From the IMG/VR virus record IMGVR_UViG_3300021962_000026: DNA of 64,000 nucleotides. One strand, 5' to 3'. A program made the translations under genes and the position numbers. The DNA comes from a virus. Below are positions 1-8,095 of the stretch, piece by piece; within the stretch, counting starts at the first letter, position 1; the number at the start of each line of letters is the position of its first letter. The notes beneath the pieces were generated by a model. It was given only the letters and a program-made list of their open reading frames with translations, had not been told where the DNA came from and did not search any database.

Positions 1-630
1 AACCGCTTTGTTCACTTAGAAGTTCGTGTAGACTTTGGTAGTTGGTTTGACTGGGCTGTAGAAAACAAAGTACACGAAGATGTTGTAGGTTATGTAAGTT
101 TTGCTAAAGCAGACTTGTGCAACTTCGACCCACGCTCCAGTGGACGCTCGTTTGCTACTCCTCGTAGTTGGACATTTGTAAGCGAGTTCCTAGAAGATGA
201 CGACATCACTGACTCCGAACTTACTGACCTCATTAGTGGTTGCATAGGCGAAGGCACTGCTCTTAAGTTTATGGCACACCGCAAGATTGCCAAGGACATG
301 CCCGAGCCTGGTGCTATCCTTGCCGGCAAAGTTAAGGACCTTAAGATTAAAGAGATCAGTGCACAGTATGCTCTTACAGTAGGCATGTGCTACGAGCTTA
401 AAGATGCTTATGAGGACTTTGGCAAGAGCAAGGATTCCAAGAAGTGGCACGAAATGGCTGACAACTTCTTCCGTTTCACAATGGATAACTTCCCCACTGA
501 AATGGTTGTTATGGGTGCACGGATGGCAATTACTAACTACAACTTGCCGTTCCAGCCTAACAAACTAACTAACTTCCAGGAGTTTTTTGACCGCTTTGGT
601 AAGTATGTTGTTAAAGCAATGGAGGACTAA
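1..630 (+). CDS. MoxR-like AAA+ ATPase, C-terminal part (5' end outside window)
   Basis: Frame is open from base 1 (NRFVHLEVRVDF...FATPRSW). NRF arginine-finger and TPRSW sensor-2 motifs are typical of phage MoxR/AAA_5 ATPases. A VWA partner lies at 3191. Confidence 0.8.
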   Translation, partial: NRFVHLEVRVDFGSWFDWAVENKVHEDVVGYVSFAKADLCNFDPRSSGRSFATPRSWTFVSEFLEDDDITDSELTDLISGCIGEGTALKFMAHRKIAKDMPEPGAILAGKVKDLKIKEISAQYALTVGMCYELKDAYEDFGKSKDSKKWHEMADNFFRFTMDNFPTEMVVMGARMAITNYNLPFQPNKLTNFQEFFDRFGKYVVKAMED

Positions 631-818
631 TGAAAAAACTAATCTTTTTTCTTGCCTTTATAATTATAGGGCATGTGTTAATTGCAACTGCGGTATCAGG
701 ATGCACTCTAGAAAAACAGTGTACCCTAGGATGTGCTGACGAAGATCTTATCCTACCGCCCAATGTATATCAACGTCCTACAAAGGAAACAAAAGATGCA
801 CTCACTAACCCTCGCTGA
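630..818 (+). CDS. small membrane/secreted hypothetical protein
   Basis: MKK plus hydrophobic stretch plus VSGC (lipobox-like); GGAGG RBS; start overlaps upstream stop. Confidence 0.55.
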   Translation: MKKLIFFLAFIIIGHVLIATAVSGCTLEKQCTLGCADEDLILPPNVYQRPTKETKDALTNPR

Positions 819-1065
819 AGACTTTGCTCCATGGTGGAACATGTCAAAATATCATTCACGAGAAATTGAAGCAAAGAAGTTTGGTAACCAAACTGTTAAA
901 ACTCGTCATGCCAGCAACTCAGGTTGGCCTGGCCCAGAGAAAGATGTAGACTACTGGGTAGAACTAGACAATGGTTTTGCTGTAGGGTTCCGTCATGGTC
1001 GCAGTGAAAGTGGCATACGCAGAGCTAAGTTTGCTGACTTTCCTGTTGTAAAAATGGTTGACTAA
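796..1065 (+). CDS. hypothetical protein
   Basis: Track ORF 733-1065; ATG at 796 preferred because AAGGA lies just upstream. Confidence 0.55.
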   Translation: MHSLTLAEDFAPWWNMSKYHSREIEAKKFGNQTVKTRHASNSGWPGPEKDVDYWVELDNGFAVGFRHGRSESGIRRAKFADFPVVKMVD

Positions 1066-1086
1066 AACTGTACCCTACAGTATATT
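1058..1086 (+). promoter_or_regulatory. sigma70-type promoter with palindrome in spacer
   Basis: TTGACT-17 nt-TATATT; ACTGTA-CCC-TACAGT inverted repeat at 1067-1081. Confidence 0.55.
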
Positions 1087-1158
1087 AAAGAATAACGTCC
1101 ATACCAAGGACTTACACAACCTGCCGACTTTATAACTGGCTAAAAAAAGGAAATTATT

Positions 1159-2412
1159 ATGAATTTCGCGTCGAAGTTTATAGCGATGCATCCACATCTG
1201 GGTGCAGAAATTACACAACATCCTAATGTTGCATTACCATATGCTACAAAAGCAAATAAAAAATACCGCACAACCAAAGATATTATTGTATCGCTTGAAG
1301 AACGGTTTAACACCGCTATCGGCGACAATGCAGATGATGTAGAGTTCTTCCGTGCACTCGGAAAAGAATTCCGTGATCGCAATCCTGAATACACCAAATT
1401 TACTGATATGTATCCTGATATGCCTGCTATGCCTAGCAGTCTTAAGGACCGTGTTAAGTTAGGTCAGATGCTTATAAACGCTAGCATCCAACGTGAGCCG
1501 GATCCAGAATGGGTAGTAAGCATTGTAGGTAAGTTTGATCCGTTCTTTGTAAACCTAATTAGGTTGTACCCAATCAAAGATGGCGTGTATGCAATATGGG
1601 ACGGTCAGCATACCAGCCTTTCCTTACTTTGCATTGCTATGTACGCATTTAATATGAGCTTGGAAGAAGCACTTGAACTTGAAGTTCCTGTTGCAGTGCA
1701 TCCTGGAAAGAATGTAGCCAAATTACGCAAACGGTTTATTGGCATACATGACAACACGATGACCAAGCCTTTGGACAAGATCGACTTGTATATGCAGTAT
1801 GTTTATGCAGTGCGTAACAACGGCGACCAAGACCCATGGAGCATGCGATTCGAAGAAATACAGTGTGCACTAGAAGAGTTTAACTGCTTCTTTACACATG
1901 AAAAGTTCGGTGATACTCACGAGGCTGGTGCTATTTCACGTCCTACAGAAATTTACCCAACTGGTAAAGATGTTACTAAGTGGAAGAGCAGTGTACTACG
2001 CCGTGTATTCCAGTACCACAGCATTAGCAATCCTAATGCACCAGTACAGCCCTTGGAAATCGACAACATGGCACACATATTCCGTGCATGTGATCAACAG
2101 GGCATACAAGTTGATGACCAGTATGTACGGGACTTTGCCAAGTACTTGGGTGCTGTAACCGGAAACACCTGGCAAAAAGGTTACAAGAAAAACGGCCAAT
2201 TTAAAAAGCATAGCATGGTAACCAGTGCATATCAGAGCTGGTGGAAGAGACAGCCACAGAACGTTCGTGATGCTTTTTCTACTCGCTGTAATCAAACGGA
2301 GGTAGCACCTACCTGGATTTGCCAGGCTATTGCAAACGCTGGCTTCCCACATGAACTACCAATGTTTATTGGACGGTTTAGCTACAAGTTTGAAGCACGG
2401 GAGTTATCATAA
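1159..2412 (+). CDS. ParB/Srx-like (DGQH-motif) domain protein
   Basis: IQREPD...FDP...YAIWDGQHT, typical of the ParB-N/DndB-like fold; AAGGA RBS. Confidence 0.6.
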   Translation: MNFASKFIAMHPHLGAEITQHPNVALPYATKANKKYRTTKDIIVSLEERFNTAIGDNADDVEFFRALGKEFRDRNPEYTKFTDMYPDMPAMPSSLKDRVKLGQMLINASIQREPDPEWVVSIVGKFDPFFVNLIRLYPIKDGVYAIWDGQHTSLSLLCIAMYAFNMSLEEALELEVPVAVHPGKNVAKLRKRFIGIHDNTMTKPLDKIDLYMQYVYAVRNNGDQDPWSMRFEEIQCALEEFNCFFTHEKFGDTHEAGAISRPTEIYPTGKDVTKWKSSVLRRVFQYHSISNPNAPVQPLEIDNMAHIFRACDQQGIQVDDQYVRDFAKYLGAVTGNTWQKGYKKNGQFKKHSMVTSAYQSWWKRQPQNVRDAFSTRCNQTEVAPTWICQAIANAGFPHELPMFIGRFSYKFEARELS

Positions 2413-2849
2413 TGTCCTTTCGTGATCCTAATATGGACCTTCTAAAAGAAGGTGTTGCACTTCGTAACGCTCGTAAAACTAGATGTTCTAACCCAGGGTG
2501 TAATAATTTTCTTACACCCTACCAGGGACCTGGAAGCGACACGTTGTGCAGAGAGCATCAAAAAAATCTAGCAGATTATGGTGGCCTTGCGACAATGAAA
2601 AAGGAGTATAGCCAGCATCGAGAAACACATTGTAGCCACTGTGGTTATACTCCATTAACTGACCCTAGGGTACAGGAAATTGAGGATCCTAAAGTTAAAA
2701 ACAGGTTAATGCGTACATTGTTAACTGTAGATCATATAGACGGAAATCACAGTAATAACAATCCAGAAAATTTACAGACACTGTGCCCTAACTGTCATTC
2801 TATAAAAACTGTAATTAACGGAGATACTTTTACTCCAAGTAGGCAATAA
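2412..2849 (+). CDS. Zn-binding HNH endonuclease
   Basis: CSHC...LTVDHIDGNHSNNNPENLQTLCPNCH; translationally coupled to the upstream gene (TAATG). Confidence 0.85.
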   Translation: MSFRDPNMDLLKEGVALRNARKTRCSNPGCNNFLTPYQGPGSDTLCREHQKNLADYGGLATMKKEYSQHRETHCSHCGYTPLTDPRVQEIEDPKVKNRLMRTLLTVDHIDGNHSNNNPENLQTLCPNCHSIKTVINGDTFTPSRQ

Positions 2850-2860
2850 GGAGACGATAA

Positions 2861-2992
2861 ATGAAAAGGGCGGACCGTATGGCTCGCAGCAAAGCAGCCC
2901 GTCAACGCAGGAGATCTCTAAGAGAAATTGTAGTAGAGCGCACACTATCCTACTATAGCAAAATGAGAAGACTGCGAAAGAAAAAGAAATGA
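2861..2992 (+). CDS. 43-aa highly basic protein (not in ORF track)
   Basis: AAGGAG RBS; MKRADRMARSKAARQRRRSLREIVVERTLSYYSKMRRLRKKKK; ATGA overlap with the next ORF. Confidence 0.65.
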   Translation: MKRADRMARSKAARQRRRSLREIVVERTLSYYSKMRRLRKKKK

Positions 2993-3144
2993 GGGTTCAC
3001 TATTATGAAGTTTATTGTGATGGTGAATATCTTGCTATTGTAAGAGCCCTCAATGAAGATGATGCTATAGAGCAAGTATGGAAAGCAAACAAGTTAAGAC
3101 TTAGAGGACCAAAACGTCTGTATATTGCTAAACAGGTTGGTTGA
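2989..3144 (+). CDS. 51-aa hypothetical protein (not in ORF track)
   Basis: MRVHYYEVYCDGEYLAIVRALNEDDAIEQVWKANKLRLRGPKRLYIAKQVG; ATGA-coupled to the upstream ORF. Confidence 0.55.
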   Translation: MRVHYYEVYCDGEYLAIVRALNEDDAIEQVWKANKLRLRGPKRLYIAKQVG

Positions 3145-3168
3145 CAAATCTTGTATCTGTGTTACTAT
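3141..3168 (+). promoter_or_regulatory. sigma70-type promoter
   Basis: TTGACA-16 nt-TACTAT with TGn extended -10; AGGAG RBS and the 3191 start follow. Confidence 0.6.
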
Positions 3169-3190
3169 ATAAGAGTACTAGGAGTGATAG

Positions 3191-4477
3191 ATGTCTACAA
3201 CTACAGCCAATAAAAAGAATATAAGCCTTCCAGTAGGATTTGAAACAGATCCTGCAGAGGATGCTCTCGCGAGAGAAAAGTTAATTACTGCTAGGGTAGG
3301 CTTGTTGCTTAAAGCAACCTTTTTTGGCAACATGGCAACTAGACTCCCGCTAGTAAATGCAGACGACTGGTGCCCTACAGCGGCAACAGACGGCCGCTTC
3401 TTTTATTACAATAGTAAATTTGTTAACATGCTCAAGAAAGGAGAAGTAGAATTCCTTTTTGGGCACGAAGTACTGCACAATGTTTACGAACATCTAGGCC
3501 GCAGCAAACTAAACAAACATGAACCTCAACTTGCTAACATTGCAGCAGACTATGCTGTTAATGGTGATTTAGTTAAGAGTCGAATTGGTAAACTAATTAC
3601 CACTGTTCCTGCTCTACATGATACAAAATATTATGAAATGAGCATGGAAGAAATATACGACGATCTCGTGGAGAACGCCGATAAAATTGACATGGATCAA
3701 CTTATAGACATGCTGCTAGATGAACATCTAGACGGCGATAATGATGGAGATGGTGGACAGCCACAGGAAGACGAAAACGGCAATCTTAAAAGCCGCAGCA
3801 AACCCAAATACAGTGAGGAAGAGCGTAAAAAGATCCGTGACGAGATCAAGGAAAGTCTTATTAATGCAGCCAAACAAAGTTCAGGTGCTGGCGATATTCC
3901 TGGTGGCGTAAAACGCATTATCAAAGACCTAACTGAGCCTAAAATGAACTGGCGTGAGCTGCTTGCCCAAACTATTGAAAGCACTATTAAAAGCGACTAT
4001 AGTTTTATGCGTCCAAGCCGTAAGGGTTGGGGTATGGATGTCTTTTTGCCAGGTATGGTTCCCGAAACAACTATTGATATTGCCCTTGCGCTTGACATGA
4101 GCGGCAGTATTAGTGACGCTATGGGCAAGGAAATGCTCAGTGAAGTGCGTGGTATTATGGAACAGTTCCAGGACTTCCGTGTAAAGGTATGGTGCTTTGA
4201 TACTAAAGTATATAACTATGCAGAGTTTACACCACACAATATCGACGAGTTTGAAAACTATGAACTAGCAGGAGGTGGTGGTACCAGTTTTGAATGTAAC
4301 TGGGACTTTATGAAAGAACAGGACATACAGCCTAACCGTTTTGTTATGTTTACAGACGGTTATCCTAGTGGTACCTGGGGCGATGAGTTTTACTGTGACA
4401 CTGTGTTTATTATACACGGTCCAGATCATATAAAACCACCGTTTGGTAACTTTGCATATTATGACAGCAAACATTAA
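3191..4477 (+). CDS. DUF2201-type metallopeptidase (HExxH) plus VWA domain protein
   Basis: TAATDG, GHEVLH, NIAADYAVN, acidic linker, MIDAS DMSGS, GGGGTSF, FTDG. Confidence 0.85.
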   Translation: MSTTTANKKNISLPVGFETDPAEDALAREKLITARVGLLLKATFFGNMATRLPLVNADDWCPTAATDGRFFYYNSKFVNMLKKGEVEFLFGHEVLHNVYEHLGRSKLNKHEPQLANIAADYAVNGDLVKSRIGKLITTVPALHDTKYYEMSMEEIYDDLVENADKIDMDQLIDMLLDEHLDGDNDGDGGQPQEDENGNLKSRSKPKYSEEERKKIRDEIKESLINAAKQSSGAGDIPGGVKRIIKDLTEPKMNWRELLAQTIESTIKSDYSFMRPSRKGWGMDVFLPGMVPETTIDIALALDMSGSISDAMGKEMLSEVRGIMEQFQDFRVKVWCFDTKVYNYAEFTPHNIDEFENYELAGGGGTSFECNWDFMKEQDIQPNRFVMFTDGYPSGTWGDEFYCDTVFIIHGPDHIKPPFGNFAYYDSKH

Positions 4478-4763
4478 AGAACAAATAATTGCTAACCTAA
4501 AGACAGTATATGATCCAGAAATAAGTGTTAATGTATACGACCTGGGTCTAATATATGACATAGAGATAGCAGATACGGAAGTAACGATTACGCACACTCT
4601 TACCAGTGCGTTTTGTCCTTTCGCGGATGAAATTGTGAACGACATTCGTACAGCAGGCGAAGTTTCTGGCATAGAAAAAGTTCACGTAAATACTGTATTC
4701 GATCCTCCATTTAGTATAGATATGGTTCCCGAAGAAGTAAAGTTAGAGATGGGCTGGCTATAA
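4461..4763 (+). CDS. SufT/PaaD-like (DUF59) Fe-S cluster assembly protein
   Basis: LKTVYDPEISVNVYDLGLIY...TLTSAFCPFA...FDPPF; ATG at 4461. Confidence 0.9.
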   Translation: MTANIKEQIIANLKTVYDPEISVNVYDLGLIYDIEIADTEVTITHTLTSAFCPFADEIVNDIRTAGEVSGIEKVHVNTVFDPPFSIDMVPEEVKLEMGWL

Positions 4764-4771
4764 GGAATAAC

Positions 4772-5893
4772 ATGGAACTAACTTCAACACAAAAGCATTG
4801 GAATAATGCTACACTAAACTATGACCTTGAAAGATTTAATTGGCCTGCATGGGCATTATCTGTTATCCAAGAAATTGCTCCTCAGGTTACTGAACTAGAA
4901 ACACTGCACGAAGTTCTAACACCTAATGAAATTGTTAGAGTCTCTCAGCATGTGCAGAACAGTTGCAGTCGTAAAGACTTTATGGAACGCTTTGATGCTT
5001 TTGTTGCTGAGTATATCCCACAACGTATTAATAACAAGCGATACATGATACAACGACAAGGAACTCTTCGTGTAGTTATTCCTGATCAAGCACGAGTAGG
5101 CAGAAGGTTACAATTCCATCAGGGAATCTTTGTAGGCAATGGCAGAGGGTGTAGAACTATTTGGACACCGTTTACTGAAGCTCGTGACACTAACACAATG
5201 TGGATGGTAGATTTAGAAAATAGTAGACGTATTACAAAAAATTTTGTTACAGAAAAATGGGATTTAGTAAAGTTCGAGGATGAGTGTTTACGGGTAGCAT
5301 TTCCTGTAACACTAAAACCAGGTCAGAGCCATTTATTTTTTCAAGAGATGTTACATGGTAATGTAAACAATCAAGAAGGTTATACTCGTGTTAGCATGGA
5401 TATGCGTATCCTAATTGAAGGAGAGGAGTACGGTCGTAGACATCCAGGCGGCTTCATGCGATTGCCCGGTGATCATGAAGTAGCAGAAATTGGAGACTAT
5501 ACTGGCAAGAGTGCAATCACATATGCTGGTTGGGCTAGTGATTTTAGCCGCAACATTCCATTACCAATGCAACGTGCAATTATCGACCAGTATTGTGAAA
5601 AAAACAAAATTGCATATACTAATTATGAATTTGAAAATGACCATTGTGACTGGCAACCTTCCCTGGAGTATTTTATAAAACAACGCCCTAACGTTATTGT
5701 ATTAAATAGCATGTATTCATTAACAGACGACACTGTAAGACGTGAAGAAATTTTACAAGTAGCAGTTGATTGCGGAGTAGAATTACATTTTGCTAATGAA
5801 CACACTGTCTTAAGAACACTAGAAGATATAAAAAAGATCAAAACATATTTGGACTTTGCTGTTGCTAAAAAAGATCCTTATGTTTGGGAGTAG
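4772..5893 (+). CDS. 2OG-Fe(II) oxygenase (StrG-like) fused to a 'sporadic carbohydrate cluster'-like domain
   Basis: N-half FHQG...IWTP...LHGNVNN...TRVSMDMR; C-half IPLPMQRAIIDQYC...IVLNSMYSL...LHFANE. Confidence 0.65.
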   Translation: MELTSTQKHWNNATLNYDLERFNWPAWALSVIQEIAPQVTELETLHEVLTPNEIVRVSQHVQNSCSRKDFMERFDAFVAEYIPQRINNKRYMIQRQGTLRVVIPDQARVGRRLQFHQGIFVGNGRGCRTIWTPFTEARDTNTMWMVDLENSRRITKNFVTEKWDLVKFEDECLRVAFPVTLKPGQSHLFFQEMLHGNVNNQEGYTRVSMDMRILIEGEEYGRRHPGGFMRLPGDHEVAEIGDYTGKSAITYAGWASDFSRNIPLPMQRAIIDQYCEKNKIAYTNYEFENDHCDWQPSLEYFIKQRPNVIVLNSMYSLTDDTVRREEILQVAVDCGVELHFANEHTVLRTLEDIKKIKTYLDFAVAKKDPYVWE

Positions 5894-5896
5894 TAC

Positions 5897-6355
5897 TTGA
5901 AAGACAAACATAAACGAGCACATATGAAAGCAGCATTTGCTTATGCTGAGTGTAGCACTGCAAAGCGTCTCCAAGTAGGCTGTGTAATCGTAAAAGACAA
6001 TCGTGTTATTAGTATTGGCTACAACGGCATGCCCAGTGGCTGGACAAACGAGTGCGAGAATACTATAACAGAAAAAGTATCCAAGATTGAATACGAAACA
6101 CGATTGGTTACCAAACCAGAAGTACTCCATGCAGAATCCAATGCTGTTGCTAAACTGGCCCGTAGCAGTGAAAGCGGAGAAGGTGCCAGTGCTTTTGTAA
6201 CACATCAGCCCTGTATGGAATGCGCCAAACTATTATACCAAAGCGGCATCAAGAAAGTGTACTATGTGCATCCCTACAGACTTGCTGATGGACTTAAATT
6301 TTTACGAGAATGTAATATTCCGGTAGAGCAGATGGATAAACTTTGGTATGCATAA
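5897..6355 (+). CDS. dCMP deaminase
   Basis: VGCVIV...IGYNG...HAESNA...PCMEC zinc deaminase motifs. Confidence 0.92.
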   Translation: MKDKHKRAHMKAAFAYAECSTAKRLQVGCVIVKDNRVISIGYNGMPSGWTNECENTITEKVSKIEYETRLVTKPEVLHAESNAVAKLARSSESGEGASAFVTHQPCMECAKLLYQSGIKKVYYVHPYRLADGLKFLRECNIPVEQMDKLWYA

Positions 6356-7316
6356 AATAAGTATATTCAACGATTCGTCGAATTATAAATTTTATGATTA
6401 CCAACTGTTTTTAGTTAAAGAACAGTCTGACATTGTTACTTTTATTCATTGGGATCATGACTTTGACAAAGATATCCTGGATTGGGTTGACTCATTGTGT
6501 GTGAAAGTAAATAACCTTTATCGTAAGTATTATAGATTATATAGTTTTTGCCATTATCCAAATTTATTCACTAACAGGTTTCCAAACTTTGATTATGTTT
6601 ATAAACCCGAATTAATTTTTTTAAACTCTCAAAAATTTATAAATTTTGATGAAATACCTAATTTGAGACAAGTTAAATTAGAAAAAACTTTTTGTTTGCT
6701 TAATAATAGACCTACACCATGGAGGAAAAATTTATTTTGTTTTTTTAGAGACAATAACTTGTTGGATATGTCCTATGCTAGTTACAATAATAGTGCAAAT
6801 AGACACCGATCAAAAGATAACTTTATAGAAGAACCATATAAAAATTTTATTGAAAATAAAGTATATGAGGACGCAAATTTAAGCATAGGGTACTATTATC
6901 CTGTACATAATTTTTTATTTGATGTTTGTGCAGAAACATATATTGAAGATTACATTGGGCTAACAGAAAAAAGTATTAAACCATTCTTATGGGGCTATAT
7001 TCCGCTTATATATGGCCCAGCTGGTACTTACAGATATCTTAAAGATTTAGGATTAGACGTGTTCGATAATATCATTGATACTAGTTTTGATAATGAACGA
7101 AACCATAATACACGCATGTGGCGTTTTCAGCAAGAAGTTTTACGATTAAGCAAGATACCTTTAAACAACTATGACATAATGCAATTAGAATCTAGATTTC
7201 ATAATAATAGAAATGCATTTTTAAAAAATGCTAAACACTGCTTACAAACATTAGATTGGATCGAACAGGAAACTAGATTTTTAATACATAATAAGGAACA
7301 GTATCTTGGATTTTAA
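6348..7316 (+). CDS. putative glycosyltransferase (GT10-like 'TEK' family)
   Basis: AET...LTEKSIKPFLWGYIPLIYG...LKDLGLDVF...IIDTSFD; very AT-rich. Confidence 0.5.
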   Translation: MHKISIFNDSSNYKFYDYQLFLVKEQSDIVTFIHWDHDFDKDILDWVDSLCVKVNNLYRKYYRLYSFCHYPNLFTNRFPNFDYVYKPELIFLNSQKFINFDEIPNLRQVKLEKTFCLLNNRPTPWRKNLFCFFRDNNLLDMSYASYNNSANRHRSKDNFIEEPYKNFIENKVYEDANLSIGYYYPVHNFLFDVCAETYIEDYIGLTEKSIKPFLWGYIPLIYGPAGTYRYLKDLGLDVFDNIIDTSFDNERNHNTRMWRFQQEVLRLSKIPLNNYDIMQLESRFHNNRNAFLKNAKHCLQTLDWIEQETRFLIHNKEQYLGF

Positions 7317-7331
7317 TCGGAATATAGTTAA

Positions 7332-8072
7332 ATGACTACGCGGCTGTTTTTTATCGGCGTAAACCATATGTATGATGCTATTAATGTTTTACAGCATGAT
7401 AATTTATTATTAGACATAGACAAAACAATTATCTATTATGGCCCCCCTGATTTAGATTTTGACATGTTAGGGCGATTAAATGACGCTGGTATAGACACTA
7501 CAAATTTTTCTGTTTGTCAGGATGTAGAGTTAATAAACACTACAAATTATCATACAGAATTTTATAAATTTGGAGGTTGGATAGCTCAACAGTTCATTAA
7601 ATTATTAGCTATCGATGCTTGCAGTAATGAAAAAATATTAATACAAGACTGTGATGCACATTTATTAAAACCATACAATTTTTTTGACAATACAAATGCA
7701 CAACCTTTAGTGATACCTAATGAGACACATAGTCCTGGGTATTACACTTATATCGAAAAAATTTTAAATATTTCTAGACAAACACAAGATTGTTTTGTTA
7801 CAGAGTTTATGCCTATAACAAAACAATCTTGGTTGAATATGATTCATAGAATAGAAAAATTACACAACACCAATTGGTTTGATGCAATATATAAAATATT
7901 TGATAATGATTTTACAGGAAAGCAAATTTGGTTTAGTGAGTACGAATTACTAGGTAATTGGCAACTGTATGAAAACCCTAATATGAGTATGTTTCCTCAA
8001 ATAAGATATGAATCTGCTAATTGGTTTGATAATCCTGACACAAATGTATATAATTGTTATGCAAGGAAATAG
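7332..8072 (+). CDS. DUF6492-like, GT-A-fold putative glycosyltransferase
   Basis: GWIAQQFIKL, QDCD (DxD), FSEYELLG. Confidence 0.6.
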   Translation: MTTRLFFIGVNHMYDAINVLQHDNLLLDIDKTIIYYGPPDLDFDMLGRLNDAGIDTTNFSVCQDVELINTTNYHTEFYKFGGWIAQQFIKLLAIDACSNEKILIQDCDAHLLKPYNFFDNTNAQPLVIPNETHSPGYYTYIEKILNISRQTQDCFVTEFMPITKQSWLNMIHRIEKLHNTNWFDAIYKIFDNDFTGKQIWFSEYELLGNWQLYENPNMSMFPQIRYESANWFDNPDTNVYNCYARK

Positions 8073-8095
8073 AGTACTTTTTACCGGAATATATT

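Noticed and set aside
1067-1081. LexA/SOS box (CTGT...ACAG)
   Set aside because: Spacer is 5 nt, not the 8 nt of the canonical box; kept only as an unspecified palindrome.
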